Assembly: GCA_963767925.1 (NCBI GenBank)
Contig: CAVYGB010000008.1
Coordinates: 2,368,001 to 2,432,000 of the forward strand
From: an uncultured delta proteobacterium
Lineage (GTDB): Bacteria > Myxococcota_A > Polyangia > Fen-1088
Length of the DNA: 64,000 nt
Direction of reading: 5' to 3'
Shown: piece after piece, positions 11,371 to 20,136 of the stretch
How the letters are laid out: every line of letters begins with the position of its first letter
Numbering within the stretch: position 1 is the stretch's first letter
Notes under the pieces: model-generated
Told to the model about the DNA's origin: nothing
The model's database searches: none
The model's input: only the letters and a program-made list of their open reading frames with translations
Position numbers and translations under genes: made by a program

Positions 11371-11699
11371 GCTATCTTTTGCGACGCCGGGCAATCCCAG
11401 GGGCCGCTCGAAGCGCTGGATCTATCGCCCTGATGCGCGCAGTTGCGGGTATCCTCAGCTCCGGGCACACCCTCGCGGCTGGCCAGCCAAGCTTCCGCCG
11501 CAATGAAGCCTGCGCCGGGAAGCGGACCCTCGTCAGCCTTGCCCTGCTCAACCAGGCGCCGCGTGCCCACACGCTTCAGCGTGGAGGCCACTCGTGATCT
11601 CAGCAGCCGCAGCGTTCGGCGGACTGACGCGCGCGCGGGCACGGCCTGCCCCGAATCGACCGCATCTTTGAAGATCTGGCAGAGCCGCAACTGCAGGCT

Positions 11700-11945
11700 C
11701 CCCCCGCTGCTGCCGATGACCAGCTGCCGACCGGCACTTCGGAATCCTCGCACGTTGCCGGGACGTTCGCCCACGAGCGGGAGCCACGAAAGGCCTGTCA
11801 GCCCGCCTGCTGGTCGCGACCAGGGCTCGCGCCACCATCTCCTTTCCAGTGCCGGTCTCGCCACGGATGAGCACGGGAACGTCGGACCCCGCCACGCCGC
11901 GCGCGAGCTGGCGGACCTGCGCGACGACGGGCTCCTCTTCCGATC
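11700..11945 (-). pseudogene. Degenerate sigma-54 activator (AAA+) remnant
   Basis: VAGSDVPVLIRGETGTGKEMVARAL..SRRADRPFV followed almost directly, in another frame, by PGNVR; GAFTGA and Walker B are missing. Confidence 0.7.
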
Positions 11946-11965
11946 CGGAACGCAAGAACCGCGGT

Positions 11966-12427
11966 TCAGGGCGAGGAGACCAACTCCCAGGAAGCTCCCG
12001 CGAGGCGGTAGACGCTGCCTTCGGCGGGAACCCGTCGTTCGATCGAGCCGTCGGGCTTGATGGTCCAGGACTCGTCCCAGCGCTCGTCACGATCGAGGTC
12101 GACCTTGAGGCGATTCCAGCGCCGGCCGTCGTCGCTATAAACGTTGATCTTGTAAGGCCTGCCGCGCGTTCCGTCCTTGATCTTGGGCTCGACAGGGCGC
12201 TCGAGCAGCGCCAGCGCGGCGCGGTCGATCTCGCGCATGCCCGGCCCAGGTTGAAGCGGCGCAGACGGGGCTCCGGTCGCCGGTGGGCGTGCCGGGGAGG
12301 CCCTCGGCGCGGCGACGGGAGGCGGCGATAGGGTGCCGGCGCATTTGATGGCGCCGAACATGCCGAGGAGGCCACCGCAGCTGAAAACAACGACCAGGAC
12401 GATGTTGCGAAAGGTGCGGTACTTCAT
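11966..12427 (-). CDS. Membrane-anchored hypothetical protein, 153 aa
   Basis: ATG overlaps the upstream stop (ATGA); N-terminal TM helix, Pro-rich linker, KVDLDRDERWDESW motif. Confidence 0.8.
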   Translation of the reverse strand: MKYRTFRNIVLVVVFSCGGLLGMFGAIKCAGTLSPPPVAAPRASPARPPATGAPSAPLQPGPGMREIDRAALALLERPVEPKIKDGTRGRPYKINVYSDDGRRWNRLKVDLDRDERWDESWTIKPDGSIERRVPAEGSVYRLAGASWELVSSP

Positions 12428-13320
12428 GAGGTGGCCTTTGGTCGCTCCCGAGGCATCATGCCCCGCTCGATGGGGACGGTGCAGTTGCAGTATTGGTAGC
12501 GACACGGCGTGGGCTCGTCGCGAAGGGAAAAAGTCCCCTCGAGCAGGTTCCCGAGAGACTCCCGGCGGTACCGGCGCGCGGGGTAGCACCGGAAGGCGTT
12601 GCCGAGGTCGTCGAGGATGAAATAACGAGCGCCCGCCCAGCAGGGCCGACCGGAGAAGTCGGGGGCGATCTCGCCGGTCGAGTTGTGCCCACCCAGGGCG
12701 AGGATCTGCGCGCGCTCGCCGGGGGTGTAGGCGATGACCTCTCGATCCTGCTTCTCCGGTTGGATCTTGAAGCGAATGCCCGCCGACGCAAAGCGGTCCC
12801 GGAGATCCCCGAGGCGCGGGAGGTTGGCACGGGTCGCCACGCAGGTCACACAGAGCGACGCCGGCGGTCGGGCGCGCTTGGTGATGGTGCGGCAGCGTTC
12901 GATGAAGTCCTCGAGCGTGTCGGGTTTGCCGCCGACGCCGGTGGCGTCCACGTATTCGAGGTGTAGTGAACAGCTCATCACGCCGAGGTGGTCTCCGGCG
13001 GCGTCGAGGAACGCGAGCAGCTTTTTCCGCGAAGCCGACAAGTTCGTCACCATGGATATCAGGAAACCCAGGCCACGCAGGCCCCGCACCAGCTCCAGCA
13101 GTTGGGGGTGCAGGAAGGGTTCTCCCCCGGAGAGCTTCACCTCCCACGCCCCGGGTAGGGCGGCGAAAGCACGCAGGAACCGGGGGACGTCGCGCGCCCA
13201 GCGCCCGCGGTCGTCGACGAAACGTTGGGTGCAGTAGCTGCAGCGGTAGTTGCAGGTGGTGTTCATGTTCCAGCTGATGACCCCGCGCGGGGGGGCGGGG
13301 GTGGGAAGGAAGGGGCTCAT
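12424..13320 (-). CDS. Radical SAM protein with C-terminal Cys-rich auxiliary domain, 298 aa
   Basis: CNYRCSYC, SGGEPF, CWAGARYFILDDLGNAFRC, CRYQYCNC. Confidence 0.92.
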   Translation of the reverse strand: MSPFLPTPAPPRGVISWNMNTTCNYRCSYCTQRFVDDRGRWARDVPRFLRAFAALPGAWEVKLSGGEPFLHPQLLELVRGLRGLGFLISMVTNLSASRKKLLAFLDAAGDHLGVMSCSLHLEYVDATGVGGKPDTLEDFIERCRTITKRARPPASLCVTCVATRANLPRLGDLRDRFASAGIRFKIQPEKQDREVIAYTPGERAQILALGGHNSTGEIAPDFSGRPCWAGARYFILDDLGNAFRCYPARRYRRESLGNLLEGTFSLRDEPTPCRYQYCNCTVPIERGMMPRERPKATS

Positions 13321-14267
13321 TGGCTCGGCCCTGCCTCGGCCGCCCGGGCCGGCACACCCTCGATCATCCCGCGGTTGGCCGGCACACTGCAGGGGCAGAT
13401 GGTGTAGGGGCACCGCACCGGACCCGGGCGCAGAACCACGCTGCCTTGGTGGACGTTGCCGAGGTAACCTTCGTCTTCGCGTTTGGCCGATCGGCACGAC
13501 CAAGCGTCGCCGTTTTGCATGAGGACGAAGTAACGGGCGCCGGTCCAGCAGCGCCGGCCGGTGTAGGCGGGTGCGAGATTGGCGCTGCGCGACTCCTCGG
13601 CGAGCGCAAGCCCGCCGACGATTTCCTCGATGAGCGCCAGCTGCGCCAGGTTGTAGGCGACGACGCCGTGTTTGACCTTCATGAGCTGGGGAAAAAAGCG
13701 GAAGCCCGCGGCCTCGACCGCGCGCTTCGCGGCTCGGGCCTCCGCAAGGCGACTGGGCACCAGCACGCTGTTGACCACGAAGCGGGCGGTGGCATCGGAG
13801 GCCTGCCGCAGGGCCGACAGCCGCTGCAGGAAATCCGCCACCGCGGTGAACTCGAGGTGCAGGCTCGCCGAAACGATGCCGAGCCGGCCCAGGGTAAGAG
13901 CACCGAAACGTCGCAACACCGAGACCGGCGGCGACAGATTGGTCAGCAGCGAGATCCGATGCGGCAGCGCCAGCAGCCCTGGAACGATCCGGCGCAGGAA
14001 GAGCGGCGAGGCGAAGGGCTCGCCGCCGGTCATCTTGATCTCCCAGCTCCCCGGTAGGGCGCCGAGGAAGGCGATCATGCGATCGATCTGCTCGGCCGAT
14101 GGGAAGCCGACACGACGGTCGCGCGCCTGGATGCAATAGCTGCAATCGTAGTTGCAAACCCCGCACACCTGCCACTCGACGGTCGGCTGGTGCGGCCAGG
14201 GAGGTTCGGCCGGTCCCGGTTCCGCGGAGCTCGTGCCCAACCTTCCAACGATGGGTAAGTGTCTCAA
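13317..14267 (-). CDS. Radical SAM protein, paralog of the downstream gene, 316 aa
   Basis: CNYDCSYC, TGGEPF, CWTGARYFVLMQNGDAWSC, CPYTICPC. Confidence 0.92.
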   Translation of the reverse strand: MRHLPIVGRLGTSSAEPGPAEPPWPHQPTVEWQVCGVCNYDCSYCIQARDRRVGFPSAEQIDRMIAFLGALPGSWEIKMTGGEPFASPLFLRRIVPGLLALPHRISLLTNLSPPVSVLRRFGALTLGRLGIVSASLHLEFTAVADFLQRLSALRQASDATARFVVNSVLVPSRLAEARAAKRAVEAAGFRFFPQLMKVKHGVVAYNLAQLALIEEIVGGLALAEESRSANLAPAYTGRRCWTGARYFVLMQNGDAWSCRSAKREDEGYLGNVHQGSVVLRPGPVRCPYTICPCSVPANRGMIEGVPARAAEAGPSQ

Positions 14268-15394
14268 CCGAGCACCCTCAACCGTTTAGGGATAGCCGCC
14301 ACCTCCCCCGGACGCACCGGGCGGGGCGCCTCGCCGAACGCCGCGCGGAAGGCAGCGCCCAGCTTGACGTTCTCGTTCAGCTTTCCGCACTGCCAGCAAC
14401 CCGGGAAGAAGCCACCGGCGGCAAGCCGCGACCGCAAGCTCTCCCAGGCCTCACCTCGCCAGAGGGCGGAGAAACCAGCGGGCCGCTCGAGTCTTCCCAC
14501 CACCACCTCGGTGTTGCAGCAGAACAGGACGGTACCGTCGACGGTGATGCGGCTATATTCGTACCCCAGAAAACATCCGACGTCTTCGATGGGCGCGGTG
14601 GTCTCGCCGCCCGCCTCCACCTGCGCGCGGAAGACGTCCAGGTTGTGTTTCACCCCCAGGGCAAGGGCCTTAACGCGGGCCGCTTCGATCCCCTCGCCCA
14701 GCAACCAATGCCGCTGTGGCTCGCTGATGCGGGCAGCCTCGGTGCCGGCGCGCAAGGAAGCGAGCTTGAAGTTTACCTGGAGGGCCCGATAGCGAGCGGC
14801 CAGCGCGATCATGTCGGGCAGCTGACCGGCATTACAGGCGGCGATGACCTGGACCTGTTTGTAGCGGCGTCCGGCGTCTCGCAGCTGGCCCAGCATCCGG
14901 TGCAGCTTGTCCCAGTGGGCCGGGCCGAACGACGGGTGGAAGGCCAGGTAGGCTTCCGCGCTGGCACCGTGAACGCCAATGAGAAGTTGATCCACGCGCA
15001 GGGCCAGGAGCCGCTCGAGATCCGCGGCGACGAGGTTGGTGATGATCGTGAGATGCAGGCCGCGACCTTTGACGTCGGCGATCAGCTCATAGACGTGAGG
15101 ATGGGTGAACGGCTCGCCCATGCCCGACAGGATCACCGCCTCGAGGCCGCCCAACCCCTGGATGTCGTCGAGCAGCGCGTGCACGAACGCGGTGTCTACC
15201 CGCTGCCGTTTCCACGCCGCTGGTCTCGCCGCGGCCAGCAGGGGACTGTGGTCCCAGCAGGTGATGCAGTCGGTGTTGCAACTGTTCGTGATGTCGATGT
15301 GCACCGTGCGAGGTCCCAGGCGGACGATCCCGTCCCGGAGGCTCTCCAGGCGTTGCCGCGACGGCGAGGGAACAGCGCCGGTGCGCCGGTTCAC
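14264..15394 (-). CDS. Radical SAM protein with SPASM/twitch-like domain, 376 aa
   Basis: CNTDCITC, SGMGEPF, CFLGYEYSRITVDGTVLFCC...CWQC; GTGA overlap with upstream gene. Confidence 0.92.
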   Translation of the reverse strand: MNRRTGAVPSPSRQRLESLRDGIVRLGPRTVHIDITNSCNTDCITCWDHSPLLAAARPAAWKRQRVDTAFVHALLDDIQGLGGLEAVILSGMGEPFTHPHVYELIADVKGRGLHLTIITNLVAADLERLLALRVDQLLIGVHGASAEAYLAFHPSFGPAHWDKLHRMLGQLRDAGRRYKQVQVIAACNAGQLPDMIALAARYRALQVNFKLASLRAGTEAARISEPQRHWLLGEGIEAARVKALALGVKHNLDVFRAQVEAGGETTAPIEDVGCFLGYEYSRITVDGTVLFCCNTEVVVGRLERPAGFSALWRGEAWESLRSRLAAGGFFPGCWQCGKLNENVKLGAAFRAAFGEAPRPVRPGEVAAIPKRLRVLG

Positions 15395-17061
15395 GATGGC
15401 CCCCCCACACTCTGCAGCCGCACCCGCGCGCGTTCGAGGAGCAGCCGGTTTGGTTGCTCCCCGTCGGGCTCGGCCTGAAGGCGGGTCACCTCCTGGACGA
15501 CCCGGAACAGATCGAGCCCCACCGCGGCGCTGACATCCATGACCGTGACGATCTGCTCTGCGGCGCGCGCCGGGGCGACCTCCCGCTCGGTGCGGAGGCG
15601 CTCGACCAGCGAGACCAGGGCGCTCCACTGCCCGTGCGCCGCCGGGTGCGCCAGCAGCGCGGCAGCGGCCTCGCCGATCTCGTCCGGCCCCACCTGAGGC
15701 GCGCAGAGCTTGCGGCCGAGCAGCGTCGCGAGCCGCACGGCCAGTTTCTGAGGCATACCCACCTCCCGGGCCGCCCGCAAGAGGGTGCGGGCAGGCTGGA
15801 GGTCGAGCGCGGCCCGGTCCACCGTCCGCGGATTTCCCAGCAGGCCCACCGCCGCATCTACCAGATGGCCCAGCTCAACGCCCAGCGCCTGCGCCTCCGC
15901 GAGCAACTGGTCGTCGACGATGGCCGCTGCCTGACGCACCACACTGGTGGGTAGCACCAGCTCCAGCAGCTCGGCCGCTGCGTCGCGAGCATGGTTGCGT
16001 GGCACCCTCCGTAGGCCGGCCTCCCGCAAGCCCGCCGCCGTGCTCGGATCGCGGAGAGCGGCCACCGTCGCGGCCAGCGTCGATGGCTCGACGGCGCGCA
16101 GATCCAGCGCCGCCCCCGCGCCCACCATGGCCGCCACCCGGCCGTACTGGTCGTCGGCGATCTTGGTCTGGGCGAAAAATGCGGTGGGAACGCCGAAGTG
16201 CAGGAGCTCGTGGGTGGCGTTGAAACCGGCCGCGGAGATCGCACCGTCCACGCCGGGGAGCACCTCTGCCAGGCGCGTCTCCGTCCAGAATGTGATGCGC
16301 GGACCTCGGCGGGGCTCACCGCGATAGAGCGGCCCGGCCGCGAGCAGCAGATGGATGGTGGGATCGTGGGCCACGGCGGCCACCACGGCGTCGAGGAGGG
16401 CGGCGACCGTCTGGTCGCCGCCGCCGCCCCCGGAGACCAGCAGGCAAAAGGCGTCCTCCGGAACACCGATGCGGGCCCGCGCGGCCCCGCGGGACAGGGC
16501 CTCGAAGCGCTCGGTGAGCATGACCGGACCGACCGCGCGAATCTGATCGCGCCGCACCTCGGCAGGCGGCTCGGCGGGATCGCCATCCGCACCGGGAACG
16601 ATCACCCGATCGTAAAGCGTCACCAGGGCGCGGTAGGCCGGCCGATCCGCGAGCTCCTGGCGAACCCTGCGCGCGACCAGCGCCTTGTGCCGGCAGAGGT
16701 CCAGCACCCCCAGCAGCTCGTCGAACGACCCGTTGGGGAATGTGTCCACCACGAGCAGATCGGGGCGGAGCAGCGCCACCGCGCTCCAGACCCACTGCTT
16801 GGCCAGGGCCAGGTAAGAGGCCTTGGGGATGCCGGCCTCTTCGACGATGGACTTGCTCGGCAGCTTGAAGGAGGCGAAACCCTCGTGGAAAAGCAGCGTG
16901 TCCGCCTCGGAGGTGGTGAGGAACCAGTGCTGGGTGGTGACCCCGGCAAAGGTGGCATAACGCCTCAACCAGCGGTTGATGGCCGCCAGCCGGCAGACGT
17001 GCCCGAGCCCACGGCCGTTCACCGCGTAGTTGACCAGGACGAGCGAGCGCGGCAGTTCCAT
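15391..17061 (-). CDS. GT-B glycosyltransferase (MurG/GT28-C-like) with helical C-terminal extension
   Basis: NGRGLGHVCR, PDLLVVD, VSGGGGG, ISAAGFNATHELL, DDQYGR. Confidence 0.88.
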   Translation of the reverse strand: MELPRSLVLVNYAVNGRGLGHVCRLAAINRWLRRYATFAGVTTQHWFLTTSEADTLLFHEGFASFKLPSKSIVEEAGIPKASYLALAKQWVWSAVALLRPDLLVVDTFPNGSFDELLGVLDLCRHKALVARRVRQELADRPAYRALVTLYDRVIVPGADGDPAEPPAEVRRDQIRAVGPVMLTERFEALSRGAARARIGVPEDAFCLLVSGGGGGDQTVAALLDAVVAAVAHDPTIHLLLAAGPLYRGEPRRGPRITFWTETRLAEVLPGVDGAISAAGFNATHELLHFGVPTAFFAQTKIADDQYGRVAAMVGAGAALDLRAVEPSTLAATVAALRDPSTAAGLREAGLRRVPRNHARDAAAELLELVLPTSVVRQAAAIVDDQLLAEAQALGVELGHLVDAAVGLLGNPRTVDRAALDLQPARTLLRAAREVGMPQKLAVRLATLLGRKLCAPQVGPDEIGEAAAALLAHPAAHGQWSALVSLVERLRTEREVAPARAAEQIVTVMDVSAAVGLDLFRVVQEVTRLQAEPDGEQPNRLLLERARVRLQSVGGPS

Positions 17062-17063
17062 GG

Positions 17064-18344
17064 TCAGCTCGCGTCCATGCTGGAAAAATCGTCCCGGCTC
17101 CCCTGGGCGGTGGCTATCGCGCCGGCAGCTACTTCTCGGTCACGTATCGCATGAGCCGTGCGGTGTTCTGCCACCTCGGGGATGAAGTTTCCTTTAACGC
17201 GCCCGCCGGTCATGAGATCCCACCAGAGATAGTCTCGCGACGGTTCACACACTTGATACGCGTCGAACCCCACCACCGACTGGCAGGCCTGCTGGTAACG
17301 GGCGCGGCGGTCGTCCCAGCGCACGAGCGGCAGAGAGTACTTTGCCCTCACCTCTCGCTCGTCGTACGAGGCGTTGCACTTCCTGGCACTGGCGGTCAGC
17401 TTCTCCTCGGTGCGCGCCAGCTTCTCGAGCATACGTGTGACTTCGGCGCGTGGGCGGCGGATCCATTCTTCCCCAATGGCTGCGAGGTAGCGGGTCTTGG
17501 CCTGCACACCCGCCACCCGCTTGGCCGCCAGCGACAGGGCCGGGTCGTCGCTGAAAACCCCTAGAAAGTCCTGTTCCGGAAGGGCGTCGAGATGATCGCG
17601 CGCTCGACCGCGGGCGGTGGCGAGCGACCAGGGCTCGGTGCTGGCAAGCGCGGTTCCGGCCTCCTCGTACCGGCGGGCGAGCGCTTCGATCTGTCCGGCC
17701 TGATTGATCAGGTCGCCACGCTCGGTATTCAAGGCCTCGAGGGCCTCGCCCTCTCGCAGGTAACCCGCGCGAATCTGCCCGAAGTCCATCGCCCGCAGGC
17801 GCGGACCGTGTCGCTCCAGAATGAGGTCGCCGTGTTTCCAGTGGCGATAATACGAGGACTCCCACCACATTCGGGTGTACCCCTCGACCCCGTATTTCTC
17901 CGCGATCAGCTCGGCGAAGAACGGCTCGCCTTCCAGCAGCGAGCGGCTGGTCGCCAGGGCCGTGATATGCTCCGCTAGATCGTGGGCGCGGATGGAGATG
18001 CGGTTGAGCGCCGCGGCGCGGGTCACGAACCGCTGGTCGACTTCGATGGACGCCCGGGTGATCTCCAGCTGCGCCTTACGTTCTCCGGCACGCTTCGCCA
18101 CCTCGCCCGGAGCCAGGGTCGGGAGGGACAGCCGGGAGGCGGCCGCGCTCAGGGCCGCGGGGTCGAGGTTCGGCAAGAGCAGTCCGAGGAGGTGTTGCCA
18201 GGCACCGTCGAGCGCGGCTCGCACCTCCTGCTCGGTACGCTCGTGCTCCACGCGCGTGGCATCGAGACGGTGAAGCTCCGCTTCGGCCACGGCACGTTGT
18301 CTCCGGGCGAGCTCGCGCAGCTCCTGGCCGGAAAGGCTGCTCAC
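17064..18344 (-). CDS. Hypothetical coiled-coil-rich protein, 426 aa
   Basis: GTG overlaps the upstream TGA; long heptad-like helices with aromatic islands WWESSYYRHWKHGD and YLWWDLMTGG. Confidence 0.8.
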   Translation of the reverse strand: MSSLSGQELRELARRQRAVAEAELHRLDATRVEHERTEQEVRAALDGAWQHLLGLLLPNLDPAALSAAASRLSLPTLAPGEVAKRAGERKAQLEITRASIEVDQRFVTRAAALNRISIRAHDLAEHITALATSRSLLEGEPFFAELIAEKYGVEGYTRMWWESSYYRHWKHGDLILERHGPRLRAMDFGQIRAGYLREGEALEALNTERGDLINQAGQIEALARRYEEAGTALASTEPWSLATARGRARDHLDALPEQDFLGVFSDDPALSLAAKRVAGVQAKTRYLAAIGEEWIRRPRAEVTRMLEKLARTEEKLTASARKCNASYDEREVRAKYSLPLVRWDDRRARYQQACQSVVGFDAYQVCEPSRDYLWWDLMTGGRVKGNFIPEVAEHRTAHAIRDREVAAGAIATAQGSRDDFSSMDAS

Positions 18345-18700
18345 GGCCCGCCGCCTCCCGGGCGGGCGCCCGAACACCTGCGGGCGACCTCGTCGAGGAA
18401 GGCCTCCGCCGCGGCCGCCAGATCCTCGGCGGAGGTCGCGGCGGTTTCATCCACCACGAAGATGTACAGGTCGCCCGCGGCGATGCGCCGGCCAAGCTCT
18501 GCTCGCGCTATCGCAGTGAGCTCGGCGTGATCACCGGCAAGGTGGGTGAGGTATTCGTATCCCACCCGCGCGACGGGGTCCCATCCGTCCGCCGTGAAGT
18601 CGAGCCTGCCCTCCCGGAAGGGGACGTTTTCCTGGATCGAATAGCCACGCCCGGCGAAAGCCCGTTTCAGGACGGCGCATCCTTCCGCTTCGCTCAGCAT
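18341..18700 (-). CDS. Small hypothetical protein, possible restriction-endonuclease-like fold
   Basis: 119 aa; ENVPF..LDFTADGWDPVARVGYEY pattern. Confidence 0.7.
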   Translation of the reverse strand: MLSEAEGCAVLKRAFAGRGYSIQENVPFREGRLDFTADGWDPVARVGYEYLTHLAGDHAELTAIARAELGRRIAAGDLYIFVVDETAATSAEDLAAAAEAFLDEVARRCSGARPGGGGP

Positions 18701-19107
18701 GATGGGCCCGATAGGCTGCCCCGGACTTCGTCCTTAAACCCATTTCTGACGAACGCCCGATCGAGGTGACCGAGCACCGCCAGGGCGGCTGGCCCGGACA
18801 GAGGTGCCGACCACTCCGATCGGTAGACGATGAGGCGGCTCATGTCTATCGTGGAGACCATGATCGAACCGCCTTGACCGCCGGCCCCCACTTCCACGTC
18901 GGCGAGACAGGCGTGGGCGCGGGCCACGTCGTCGTCGCGAGCAGAGCGTTTCAACCAGGTCCGGCACACCTCGCGGGCCTGGTCGAATCGACGTAGCTGA
19001 ACCAGCTGGGAGGAAAGCCGCGAAAGCTCCGCCGGCCCCGTTGGGGCGGCAGGCGCTTCAGCCTGCGAGAGCAGCGATCCCAACAGGATGGAGGGCAGCA
19101 AGATCAT
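18694..19107 (-). CDS. Secreted TPR-like protein, probably truncated
   Basis: Signal-like MILLPSILLGSLLSQA, TPR-like helices (RRFDQAREVC, AHACLADV). Confidence 0.45.
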   Translation of the reverse strand: MILLPSILLGSLLSQAEAPAAPTGPAELSRLSSQLVQLRRFDQAREVCRTWLKRSARDDDVARAHACLADVEVGAGGQGGSIMVSTIDMSRLIVYRSEWSAPLSGPAALAVLGHLDRAFVRNGFKDEVRGSLSGPSC

Positions 19108-19179
19108 GGATGATCTGCCCTTTCGGCAGTTCACTCGGGGATCTGAACGGGCTGCAGCCGCCCTCCACCGATGGTCGGA

Positions 19180-19771
19180 TCAGAGCTTGAGGAGGGCTTC
19201 CCGGGCCACCGCTCCGATGGTCGATTTCTTCGATTTGGGTAGATCGGAGTCGTACAGCATGCAGGGGGTCTCGTCGGAGGTGAACCGGGCGATCTGCTCG
19301 CGCTGCTCGACCACCCTCATGCGCCCGAGCGCCCTCCTCAACTTCAGTCGCCACAGCCGAACCGGAACAAGGTCAAGTACTCCGCACCTGGCGGCTACCG
19401 CCGCCGGCGTTCCGGTGGCCAGCGCAGGCGACCCCACGAAGGCACCACCATCTCCACCTCCGGGGCGTTGTAGGTTCGCTCCACCATCTGGCCATCGTCG
19501 TCGAGGTGCGGACCGTCCTTTGGCCGCCCGCAACCGGTACGCTGAGGCACAGCAACGGCACGGGCTCGCGGCGTTCACGACGATGAGACGTCTCGTAGCG
19601 GACGGGCATCCAGGTGCCGTCCTTCATGGCGAGATCGAGCCCGGTCCCGCAGCGCACGGGCCGGCCGTCGAGGTGGTGGCGATACCCGCCCGTGCTGCAG
19701 TTGTGCCAGAACTCCAGATTCCCCGAGCGGTTAAGGAACTAACCGCATTCGTCGGCGTAGTCGTCGATCAT
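19180..19771 (-). pseudogene. Disrupted gene with DUF5348-like N-terminal domain
   Basis: MIDDYADECG*FLNRSGNLEFWHNCSTGGYRHHLDGRPVRCGTGLDLAMKDGTWMPVRYE: in-frame TAG and later frameshifts. Confidence 0.45.
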
Positions 19772-19887
19772 CGGTGAATTCCGCCACTTCTCTGGGCGCG
19801 ATGAGCATGACGCGATGGCTTTAGCGACTGCGCCTCCCTTCACGCCTGATGGCGGCAATGGGGTCGTGCGGGCCCTATAAAGGTCTG

Positions 19888-20136
19888 ATGGCAAATGCCG
19901 ACGTGGACGAGCTGCTCGCGGCGATTCGCCGTCTCCCGCTTGACGAGCGCCTGCGACTCTTGGACCGCGCCAGTCGCGAAGCCGCTCGCGATGCGCCGAG
20001 ACCGGTGTCGGTCCGTACCAACCTAGCGTCTGCTCTTCTCGGGTTGCTGGCAGACGAACCCGAGCTAGTCGATCAGATGTGCCTCCTGGCCTATCGGTCG
20101 CGCGACGGAGTGCGGATGCGGTCGGTTGATGAGTAG
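19888..20136 (+). CDS. Putative antitoxin (VapB-like)
   Basis: 82 aa, DELLAAIRRLPLDERLRLL; overlaps the PIN gene start. Confidence 0.7.
   Translation: MANADVDELLAAIRRLPLDERLRLLDRASREAARDAPRPVSVRTNLASALLGLLADEPELVDQMCLLAYRSRDGVRMRSVDE

Noticed and set aside
10910..11506. 198-aa ORF containing VAGARY as an integrase
   Set aside because: The motif is just the translation of the att core; no recombinase catalytic motifs
11966..18700. RiPP cluster
   Set aside because: No precursor peptide, RRE domain, protease or exporter seen in the operon; tldD/pmbA lie outside the island
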